Sequence record: KU521356.1
Length of the DNA: 64,000 bases
Reading direction: 5' to 3' (one strand)
Part shown: positions 17,385 through 27,038 of the stretch, in pieces
How the letters are laid out: every line of letters begins with the position of its first letter
Numbering within the stretch: position 1 is the stretch's first letter
Program-made: the position numbers and the translations under genes
The notes under the pieces: generated by a model
What the model was told of the DNA's origin: nothing
Seen by the model: the letters and a program-made list of their open reading frames with translations, nothing else
Databases searched by the model: none

Positions 17385-18775
17385 TGATTACTTTTTTACC
17401 ATTAGATCTAAAAGCTAAATTAGCATCTAATTACATTGTAGATGAGGATCACACACTTATTCAAGTCAATAATAAAACACATCGCGTACTTATGTGTACA
17501 CATGGTGGTTTTTATACTAAGGACTTTAATCTACGTGATAAGAAGACTGGTTTATCTTTAAACAAAGATCAATATAAAACAACCTATCTTTATTCACAGT
17601 TATCTGAAATGACTGGCTTAGAAGTAATGGGTATTGTTGTAGTAACTGATCCTAATGTTAGTCCTAATGTCCAAGTTACATATAGAGCAGTTGGTGGTTT
17701 CTTTAGTATTTCAGCATTAGAACTTAAAGCTGTTTTTGATAAACTTGAATTAGATGAATTAAGTTTCACTTGGGATGATATTATTGGTAAACCCGATGCA
17801 TATCCGCCTGCACCTCACGGCCATGAATATTGGCAGATTTATGGCACAGATACAATGGTAACTGAATTAAACCGAATAGCACACGCTTATCGGGTCGGTA
17901 GAAGTGCCATGGATAATGCTGCCGATGATTATTATAAAGTTTATCTCACTGATGCAAAAACCGCTGTGGACGATTATAGAGATCGAGTTACAGCACACTT
18001 AACTGATTATAATAATCCGCATGCTGATGATCGATTCAAGTTAATTCCACCGCTTGATAAGATATCCAACTGGGGTTTTGCTACTGAAGCTGAGTCAGTT
18101 AATAGAAACGTAAATAATAAATACATGCCAATTGGTGGTATTTATCGTATTCTTAATATTGATACGTTGGCTAAACTTGCAGCACATATTAAAAACTTTA
18201 ATAACCCACATGCTGTCACAGCTGACCAAGTTGGATCATATACCAAACCAGTGATGGATTCTAAAATAACTCCATTATTAGGTATTAATGAACAAGCTGC
18301 TAATGCGACCACTATTGGTGCTACTACTAATAGTCAGGGTTATCCAGTTACTGGAACAGGTAAGGTATATCAGAATTTCTGGAATGATGTTCGAAAAGAT
18401 ATTCCAGCTGAAGAAGTAACTAGTGGCGTATTTAAATGGAATGCATTAGGTAAAGGTAATGCATCAATATTAAATGACCCTGAGAGATATTATCTAGCGA
18501 GCGATGGTACTTGGCAAGACTGGGTTGAAGCTTTTAAAGAGTGGAGCAAAGATAAGATTAAAGCCATTACCTTAGGTCAGGTAAATAGTGAAGCAGAAGC
18601 ATTAAACACGTTAAATACGATGTTTACAGATAATACCAAATATCCTGAAGGCACTTACGCTGTTGTAGGTGTTAGAACTAATACCCCCTTTGAAGCCTAT
18701 TATTACCAGCAATATGTAGCAGTTAGAAATAATGGTACATGGCGTTGGATGATTCGAGCTGGAGCACTTGTATAA
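17384..18775 (+). CDS. gp131-family tail fibre protein (gp135 equivalent)
   Basis: 463 aa; TAATG stop/start overlap with gp134; FLPLDLK N-terminus, two NPH repeats. Confidence 0.85.
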   Translation: MITFLPLDLKAKLASNYIVDEDHTLIQVNNKTHRVLMCTHGGFYTKDFNLRDKKTGLSLNKDQYKTTYLYSQLSEMTGLEVMGIVVVTDPNVSPNVQVTYRAVGGFFSISALELKAVFDKLELDELSFTWDDIIGKPDAYPPAPHGHEYWQIYGTDTMVTELNRIAHAYRVGRSAMDNAADDYYKVYLTDAKTAVDDYRDRVTAHLTDYNNPHADDRFKLIPPLDKISNWGFATEAESVNRNVNNKYMPIGGIYRILNIDTLAKLAAHIKNFNNPHAVTADQVGSYTKPVMDSKITPLLGINEQAANATTIGATTNSQGYPVTGTGKVYQNFWNDVRKDIPAEEVTSGVFKWNALGKGNASILNDPERYYLASDGTWQDWVEAFKEWSKDKIKAITLGQVNSEAEALNTLNTMFTDNTKYPEGTYAVVGVRTNTPFEAYYYQQYVAVRNNGTWRWMIRAGALV

Positions 18776-19377
18776 TGAATAATCCGTTATCACTCCAAGA
18801 ACTATCTTTAGCTACTGCGCCTACTGAAGATAAAGTAAAAGTACTATTAATGTTTAACCGTACTTCTGAGGTATTCCTACAAAGCGTAGGCTATCTACCT
18901 TTAGATGCATTCGATGCTAAGTCACGTGAGCACACCATTTTTGTTGAAGCCGAAATGGGTACTTATGATGTAGTCGTAAGTAATACACCTGGTAAACAAC
19001 CTACACTTTCCGATTGGAAGATTGTTCCTAAAGAAGAAGCGCCACAAGTGATTACTGAAGATCACTTAAATAGTAAAGTGGCCTACAAAATTACTGAACG
19101 CTATCCAGTGACTGAGCAAATTAATATCCTTGCACGTGCAATTAAACAGCTAGCTGAAAAATATGGTCAAGAGTTAGATGAACTAGAAGAAATGCTTGAT
19201 TATATTGATCTTGTTAAACGAACTAATCGCGCGCATAAGGAGGCCCTAATTGAGAGCCCAGACGTTATCTATAAATCCAGGGAAGATCTCGACGCTGAGA
19301 AAGCACATCGATATGCAGGTGGCCTGCATGAGCTTATCGGCCCACGAAAGATCGACCAGGGACGTGTTTTCAGCTGA
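18775..19377 (+). CDS. Hypothetical protein, possible fibre assembly/chaperone (gp136 equivalent)
   Basis: Start moved from 18739 to the ATG at 18775, which overlaps the gp135 TAA and has GGAG at 18761. Chaperone role is inferred from position only. Confidence 0.7.
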   Translation: MNNPLSLQELSLATAPTEDKVKVLLMFNRTSEVFLQSVGYLPLDAFDAKSREHTIFVEAEMGTYDVVVSNTPGKQPTLSDWKIVPKEEAPQVITEDHLNSKVAYKITERYPVTEQINILARAIKQLAEKYGQELDELEEMLDYIDLVKRTNRAHKEALIESPDVIYKSREDLDAEKAHRYAGGLHELIGPRKIDQGRVFS

Positions 19378-19810
19378 ATTTGCAGCTGACCTTGTATCTT
19401 ATCTGGATACACTGGGTGATTCCTGGTGGTTTAATCGGAAAAAAATTAATAGTATCCCAACCAAAGGTATCACTGAATGTGATTATTGGTTTTTAGGTCA
19501 TAACCAAATGCCAGTGGAATTACGGGAATTACTATTTCATATTGCACCTAAGGTAGAAGGTGCTTGGTTAGGCGAAGTTCTAATCAACCGATATGAAATT
19601 GGTACAGGTATGCCTGAACACATCGACCAAGCTGTTTATCGTTACAACATGGTTATTGCATTAAATGACAATGGCGATGGTATAACGATCAATGGTGAGT
19701 TTTATCAGGATGTACCAGGTAGGGCTACTATTTTTCCAATCCGTTCAGAGCCACATGAAGTCCCTCCAGTTAAAAATAAAAGATACGTCCTTATATATCT
19801 CTACGAGTAG
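19328..19810 (+). CDS. 2OG-Fe(II) dioxygenase-fold protein (gp137 equivalent)
   Basis: NRYEIGTGMPEHID...PHEVPPV...RYVLIY gives the HxD...H iron triad and the 2OG-binding Arg. The start is uncertain (19328 has AGGT upstream; track gives 19250). Confidence 0.75.
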   Translation: MSLSAHERSTRDVFSAEFAADLVSYLDTLGDSWWFNRKKINSIPTKGITECDYWFLGHNQMPVELRELLFHIAPKVEGAWLGEVLINRYEIGTGMPEHIDQAVYRYNMVIALNDNGDGITINGEFYQDVPGRATIFPIRSEPHEVPPVKNKRYVLIYLYE

Positions 19811-19818
19811 GGTACAAC

Positions 19819-20307
19819 ATGGCAATTAAACTTAAGACTCTATCTAAGGCAGAACTAAAAACATTAACAAAGCTTAAAGGCGAAGTTTCATTTAGAGACT
19901 CATATGGCCACCGTATGCGAGTTGGCACTAATGGCCTTAAAGCATGTAGTGTTTATAATACTTCAAAATGGTTTAATTGGACTGCTAAACAGCGTAAAGA
20001 AATTAAGCCAATTTTAGGCGAAGAACTATTTAACAAAGCACTGCAAGTATGGTTTTTAGATTTCCCCAAAATAGATGGATTTCTAGATGAGATGAATTAT
20101 TGGGTAGATAAACCCGAGTCCGGTACTATTCTTGCTTGGAATATTGGACCTGATGCTAAGTTCATTTTAGATGGTGAGGAACTATTAATTGGAAAAGGTG
20201 AAGGATTAGTATTCCATCTATCCCAATTACATGAAGTAAAACGTTCCCATAATGGACAATCATGGATCTGTGTAATGGTACGTGGTGCTCCTGAAAAATT
20301 TGCTTAA
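19819..20307 (+). CDS. Degenerate double-stranded beta-helix/oxygenase-like protein (gp138 equivalent)
   Basis: 162 aa; the C-terminal half parallels gp137 (GEGLVFHLSQLHEVKR...WICVMV) but has no HxD. Confidence 0.6.
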   Translation: MAIKLKTLSKAELKTLTKLKGEVSFRDSYGHRMRVGTNGLKACSVYNTSKWFNWTAKQRKEIKPILGEELFNKALQVWFLDFPKIDGFLDEMNYWVDKPESGTILAWNIGPDAKFILDGEELLIGKGEGLVFHLSQLHEVKRSHNGQSWICVMVRGAPEKFA

Positions 20308-20310
20308 CAG

Positions 20311-20336
20311 CATAAATCCCCTCCATGTGGAGGGGA
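20311..20336 (+). terminator. Hairpin after gp138
   Basis: TAA-CAG-CATAAA-TCCCCTCC-ATGT-GGAGGGGA. Confidence 0.65.
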
Positions 20337-20372
20337 ACTCTTACAAATTTACTCAATAGTACAGTGTACTAA

Positions 20373-21299
<927 letters not shown>

Positions 21300-21301
21300 A
21301 T

Positions 21302-21865
21302 ATGCTTAAGCTTCCAGCGAGTGATGAGCCATTTCGGGTACTAGCATTAGACCCTGGTTCACAAAACCTCGGCATAGCTATTCTGGAAGATAAGTTGGAT
21401 GGAAGTAATAAGGTGGTACGTAATGCATTTACCTGCCACCTTAAAGATACAAATCCGGCATATGCTGCCATCTCCGAGGTTCATGGTAGTAGATTTACTA
21501 GAATGCAGCAAATGAGTGATGTGGTACTAAATATACTACATACTGAAAAACCACATGCAGTTATTGTAGAGTCTAACTATCTTGGTAAGTTTGCCCAAAG
21601 CTTCGCTGTACTTGTAGAATGTGTGACCTATGTACATAGAGCATTATACGAGTATGATAGATTTATACCTTTATACATGATTGATCCTACTACAGTTAAA
21701 ATCAATGCGGGTATGAAAAAAGTAAAGGGTACTACTAAAGATGATGTTAAAGAAGCAATGCGTTCTCGTACTGACATCACATGGAACATCGATATAGATA
21801 GTCTAGATGACCACTCTATGGATGCTTGTGCGATAGCTTACTACTACCTTACTAGGATTGTTTAA
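21302..21865 (+). CDS. ruvC: RuvC-like Holliday junction resolvase (gp140 equivalent)
   Basis: RVLALDPGSQNLG (catalytic D), VIVE (E), K in TTVK, DDHSMDACAIA (D...D). Confidence 0.85.
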   Translation: MLKLPASDEPFRVLALDPGSQNLGIAILEDKLDGSNKVVRNAFTCHLKDTNPAYAAISEVHGSRFTRMQQMSDVVLNILHTEKPHAVIVESNYLGKFAQSFAVLVECVTYVHRALYEYDRFIPLYMIDPTTVKINAGMKKVKGTTKDDVKEAMRSRTDITWNIDIDSLDDHSMDACAIAYYYLTRIV

Positions 21866-21880
21866 CAATTCGAGGTAACA

Positions 21881-22387
21881 ATGTTCCTATTAGCAGGTAT
21901 ACGAAAAATAATTGGTAGCGTGCCATTGCATATATGGTTACTATTAGTTATTCTGATAGGTGCCTTAATTGGTATCATATATTACAAAAATAGTTATGAG
22001 ACGGAACTTGTTCGCTCTACAGATTTAATTGGAAAAATTAAATCTTATGAAGCGGCAGAAAAGGTTAGGATTGAATCAGATCGTATCTCCGATAAAATTC
22101 AAGCTGAACTAATTACTAAAAAGAAAGAGATACAAAAAGAGCAGGCGCAATCACGCACTGAGGTGATTGATGAGTACATTAGTTTATCAGGTCGTGGATA
22201 TACTCCACCTGTATGGCCTGAGGTTAAAGCTAAAACAACTAATGGGGAAAGCACCACTACTGAGATTAAACATGAAACTGACACAAAAAAAGATAACATT
22301 AATAAGTCTATTAATGCTATTGCTAAACGGATGTACGAGCACTACTGTGCCGCCTCCCGTGAAAATACCAGTTGCAATCCCAAGTAG
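21881..22387 (+). CDS. rz: Putative inner-membrane spanin (Rz-like; gp141 equivalent)
   Basis: One N-terminal TM (IWLLLVILIGALIGIIYY), a coiled-coil periplasmic domain, two C-terminal Cys, and a 3' end overlapped by a lipoprotein gene. Confidence 0.65.
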   Translation: MFLLAGIRKIIGSVPLHIWLLLVILIGALIGIIYYKNSYETELVRSTDLIGKIKSYEAAEKVRIESDRISDKIQAELITKKKEIQKEQAQSRTEVIDEYISLSGRGYTPPVWPEVKAKTTNGESTTTEIKHETDTKKDNINKSINAIAKRMYEHYCAASRENTSCNPK

Positions 22388-22634
22388 TTTACTTCTCCCT
22401 TGCGATGTGGAAGCCCCACCTACAGCTAATGAGATCATCAATGCATTAGATAGATATAAAGCTGTTGGGGTTACTGATGAGAATGAAGCACGTTTCTTAC
22501 TTATGACCGAACATTGGCTTTTACAAACTGATGCACTTGGACTATGTAATATCCAAGTAGACAAATTGCGTGAATGGAACGAACGTCAACGTAATTTGGA
22601 GAATAGTCATGACCCTAGAGGACGTTCTGATTGA
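22272..22634 (+). CDS. rz1: Putative outer-membrane spanin lipoprotein (Rz1-like)
   Basis: The in-frame ATG at 22272 gives MKLTQKKITLISLLMLLLNG|C (lipobox), a Pro-rich segment (VPPPVKIP...LLLPCDVEAPP), then an amphipathic helix. Confidence 0.75.
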   Translation: MKLTQKKITLISLLMLLLNGCTSTTVPPPVKIPVAIPSSLLLPCDVEAPPTANEIINALDRYKAVGVTDENEARFLLMTEHWLLQTDALGLCNIQVDKLREWNERQRNLENSHDPRGRSD

Positions 22635-23004
22635 GATCGATGGTAATCCTTTATCTTCTTCTAAAGACTATGGAAAGAAGATACGTACCTATTTGAATAG
22701 TGTATTGGAAAAGGAACAACGTATAAATCTAAGTATAACTGGTGAGGAAGTACTTAGTCTAATTTATGCTATTACCGATTCAGATCTTCAATATAAAATT
22801 CTCAGCCGGGAAATTGCTGAAGTGAAGGCTAAAGATTCTTACCGTAATGCGGTATTGGTATTAGCTGGTGGCGTTACTCTTATTGGGGCATCAGTATCTA
22901 CTATGGTAGTTTTATCTGGTGCACCTATGTCAGAAGAAAGTGCCAATGTGTTAAAGACTATTGTGCAAGGTACCTTTGAATTAATAAAGATGCTTATGCA
23001 ATAA
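22609..23004 (+). CDS. Membrane protein, holin candidate (gp142 equivalent)
   Basis: ATG at 22609 with GGAGA upstream; C-terminal hydrophobic segment AVLVLAGGVTLIGASVSTMVVLSGA. Confidence 0.65.
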   Translation: MTLEDVLIEIDGNPLSSSKDYGKKIRTYLNSVLEKEQRINLSITGEEVLSLIYAITDSDLQYKILSREIAEVKAKDSYRNAVLVLAGGVTLIGASVSTMVVLSGAPMSEESANVLKTIVQGTFELIKMLMQ

Positions 23005-23008
23005 AAAC

Positions 23009-23043
23009 TATAAAGCCTTCCTCTTCAAGAGGAAGGCTTTATA
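23009..23043. terminator. Long perfect hairpin after gp142
   Basis: TATAAAGCCTTCCTCT-TCA-AGAGGAAGGCTTTATA (16-bp stem). Confidence 0.75.
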
Positions 23044-23085
23044 ATGCTATGTGGATTAAACATTTTACCACTATAGAGGTTTGAC

Positions 23086-23619
23086 ATGCAGGATATCTTT
23101 CCGTATGACATGGCATCGAGGAATGCGCTAGTAAAACTTGCGCGGGATGATTTAAAAATAAACTTCAAACCAGAAACAGTTACATTTGAAGATATGTTTT
23201 TTAGTCCAACCACGATTGAGCCTGGACGTACATTTATTGAAATGATCGACATTACTACTGACATTAAGTACATGTTAACTTACCGTCGGTTAGATTTTGC
23301 TGATCCACGAGCTATTGGTGAAGGATCTATCCTTAAGATAGTTGGTACTTTAACACCTAAAGCGATTGCTGAAGAAATTAACCGTTCACGAGGTTGGAAG
23401 CTTGGACCAGATGATATTTCATTCGATACAACACCAATCAATGCAACTACGGATATTGTTCCATACACGATAGTAGCTATGTCGAGTAGTTATGCTTACT
23501 ATGGTGAATGTAATATACTAATTCAACGTATTGATGATACGTCAGATACTATCCGACTATTAGAGAATGGTGCAGCACGTTATCTAGAAAATGGTCAAAT
23601 CCGTTATCTAGAAAGTTAA
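23086..23619 (+). CDS. Putative virion structural protein (gp143 equivalent)
   Basis: 177 aa; motif TYRRLDF; C-terminal RLLENG/RYLENG/RYLES repeats. Confidence 0.75.
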   Translation: MQDIFPYDMASRNALVKLARDDLKINFKPETVTFEDMFFSPTTIEPGRTFIEMIDITTDIKYMLTYRRLDFADPRAIGEGSILKIVGTLTPKAIAEEINRSRGWKLGPDDISFDTTPINATTDIVPYTIVAMSSSYAYYGECNILIQRIDDTSDTIRLLENGAARYLENGQIRYLES

Positions 23620-23641
23620 GTAATACCCTCAATGAACCTAA

Positions 23642-24463
<822 letters not shown>

Positions 24464-24546
24464 GATGTAGCAATAGAATGGAGTCTATGGTATCATGTGA
24501 AACTTCCCCTCATGATAAACCACATCTTGTGTCAATGTAACTTTTT

Positions 24547-24571
24547 GAGAGTCCTTCGGGACTCTCTTATG
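24547..24571 (+). terminator. Hairpin after endolysin
   Basis: GAGAGTCC-TTCG-GGACTCTC-TTATG. Confidence 0.7.
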
Positions 24572-24668
24572 TTGTTAAAATATTACTCATTAGCAATAGT
24601 ACATTACTGTATGAGTCTTCTTCGAAAGACTAACATGTTAGTGTTTCTTATACAGCAAGGAAATAAAA

Positions 24669-27038
24669 ATGGCAAATGCTACAGACAAAGGCAAGATCAG
24701 TCAACTGCCGGATCTAGCTACTCTTAACGATAGCGAGTATATTGAATTAATTCATACCGATGCAGCTGGTCAAGTCGATAACTATAAGTTTCTGCTGTCA
24801 AAACTACAGACTGGAGCACCCGGTCTTAGTGCGTACGAGATTGCCGTTAAAAATGGTTTCCAGGGAACTGAAACCGAATGGCTTGATTCGCTTAAAGGTA
24901 AATCTTCTTATCAAATCGCAGTCGATCTAGGTTTCGTTGGTACTGAAGAAGAGTTTATAGCATCCCTTAAAGGTGATGCTGGTAAGAGTGCATATGAAGT
25001 AGCTGTGGAAAACGGTTTCCAAGGTACTGAACAGGAATGGTTAACATCACTGCATGCAACCATGACTGCTGAACTACTCCAGTCGCTCTTAAATCAACAA
25101 GGTTACACAGTTAAAGATGTACTGCGTGTAACTGGCAAGAATGGTGGATTATCATCCAACGCTGCTTTCCATAACTTTGCTTTCCTGTTTGATAAGCGTC
25201 TAAATCAAGACGACTTAACTGCTGGTGATAAAATACCTCAGCGTATGATGGAACAAGGTCGTATGGAAGCAGAAGGTTATTCTTATCTAAAGAACGCTTC
25301 TGCGCCCACTACGCAAGGTGCATTACCCGAATTACCTGAGTCTGAAATTCGTATTTATGACAATGGTGAATTCCAGATTGGTAGTTTAACTGATTACATT
25401 GCATTCAAGAATGACGGTAATATCCGTATTGTTGAAGGCGTTGATGAAACGACCGTTGATCTTAAGAACCTTCCTAAAAATGAAGGTATTAGTGGCGGTG
25501 TATTCGTCAAAGATGTACAAGCAACTGATCCCAGTCAGAACGTAGGTAGTATTGTGCGTACCCCTGATGGACACAGCGTACAGTCATGCCTATCGACCAC
25601 TAGTAATGTTCGGGTTATCGTTGATGCAATAACTGGACATTCTAGTTATGTACCTAGTGTTAAAATCAATAACGTAGATGCAGTTGTAACTCCTGGCGTT
25701 AATCCACCCATGTGGATTGCTACCGCCGATATTGATCTTGGTGCACCTACTACTGAAGGTTATGCTGATATTGTTGTAGAACACGCCGATGGGGCTAAAT
25801 TCACTACTAAGGTATTAGCCGATACTCCCGCTAATATTACCAGTGCTGTATTTACTGGCGGTTATCCGTTAGGTCAAACAGAACTTAAAGAAGATGACCT
25901 TGTTGCAATTAAAGTTGTTACTGATGAAAATATAGTAGCATACGAAATTGCTGACTTTGGTGCACTGAAAGAAAGTAGTGGCACTGTTGCACCTACTAAA
26001 GAACTAGAGGTTACTGGTCTTTACGTAGCTGATCGTGGTAATACTACTAAGGCATATGGTTTCCGTGTACGTGTTCAGAAATCAACTGGGTCATGGTCAG
26101 AATGGTTTACTTCCAGTGATGCTGGTTCCGAAGATAAAATTAACACCATGCAGTTAAACGATCTTCGCCCAGTTGTTAATATTGGTCAAGTAACTTATCC
26201 GTCTGGTCAAAGTGCTATTAAAGTAGGTGAAACTGCCACTGTAGCCAATACAGTATCTAATGCTGATAGTGTGGTTTATTCCTCACCAAATGATCAGCTC
26301 ACTATAACCAGTGCAAATGAAGCAGAAATTGCTAAGGTAGTTACTTATAAGTCTGGTACTTATAACGACAGCACTAATAACCTATTAATTACTGCTAAAC
26401 GTGCAGCTAATGGTAGTGTAGCTACGGCTACTGCTGTTGTAGCTATTGCAAATGCGGTACCTACTGCGACGGTTACCTACCCTGCTGCTCGCCTTCGTTC
26501 AGGTGGTAACTTTGGAACCCAAGTACAAAGTCATGTCATTACTTTAACCTCTACTCAGAAACTAAGTGCAGCTCCGGCCATGAATGCGCCTGGCGGTAAG
26601 TGGGCTACTGAGGATTGGAAATCTGACGCCACTGGTAAGGTATGGACACGTGCGTTACTAGTACATGACGATGATCCTAAAGGAACCTACGATTTTAACA
26701 GTGTGGTTCTAAAAGGTTTAGCTGGTGTTGAAGCTAATAGTGTAAATGGTGGTACTTACGTACTAGGTGGATTTGTATTCCGCACTCTAAGTGTGGCTGC
26801 TTGGCCGAACCGTGAAACTGATATTGGTACTGAAGTAACCAATACTGGTAAACTACGTTGCAGTAACCTATCTAAAGGTTCTACTGGTAGCTTAAACTTC
26901 ACTTATAAGGCAGATGATGCGAATCAAGTTGACACCTACACCATCAAGGATGGCAATAAGTGGTATAACTGTGACTCAGCAAACGCTGTATCCAATACCA
27001 CTGGACTGATGAAAATCGAACTTGAGGAAGTAGTATAA
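24669..27038 (+). CDS. Tail/fibre structural protein (gp145 equivalent)
   Basis: 789 aa with RBS AAGGA; three G-x-S-(A/S)-Y-x-(I/V)-A-V-x-x-GF-x-GTE-x-E repeats, then T/V/A-rich beta domains. Confidence 0.8.
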   Translation: MANATDKGKISQLPDLATLNDSEYIELIHTDAAGQVDNYKFLLSKLQTGAPGLSAYEIAVKNGFQGTETEWLDSLKGKSSYQIAVDLGFVGTEEEFIASLKGDAGKSAYEVAVENGFQGTEQEWLTSLHATMTAELLQSLLNQQGYTVKDVLRVTGKNGGLSSNAAFHNFAFLFDKRLNQDDLTAGDKIPQRMMEQGRMEAEGYSYLKNASAPTTQGALPELPESEIRIYDNGEFQIGSLTDYIAFKNDGNIRIVEGVDETTVDLKNLPKNEGISGGVFVKDVQATDPSQNVGSIVRTPDGHSVQSCLSTTSNVRVIVDAITGHSSYVPSVKINNVDAVVTPGVNPPMWIATADIDLGAPTTEGYADIVVEHADGAKFTTKVLADTPANITSAVFTGGYPLGQTELKEDDLVAIKVVTDENIVAYEIADFGALKESSGTVAPTKELEVTGLYVADRGNTTKAYGFRVRVQKSTGSWSEWFTSSDAGSEDKINTMQLNDLRPVVNIGQVTYPSGQSAIKVGETATVANTVSNADSVVYSSPNDQLTITSANEAEIAKVVTYKSGTYNDSTNNLLITAKRAANGSVATATAVVAIANAVPTATVTYPAARLRSGGNFGTQVQSHVITLTSTQKLSAAPAMNAPGGKWATEDWKSDATGKVWTRALLVHDDDPKGTYDFNSVVLKGLAGVEANSVNGGTYVLGGFVFRTLSVAAWPNRETDIGTEVTNTGKLRCSNLSKGSTGSLNFTYKADDANQVDTYTIKDGNKWYNCDSANAVSNTTGLMKIELEEVV

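Noticed and set aside
14611-18775. Diversity-generating retroelement acting on the fibre tips
   Set aside because: No reverse transcriptase and no template/variable repeat pair differing at adenines is visible.
24497-24727. 76-aa ORF between the endolysin and gp145
   Set aside because: It has a GTG start without an RBS, runs through a terminator hairpin and overlaps the gp145 start.
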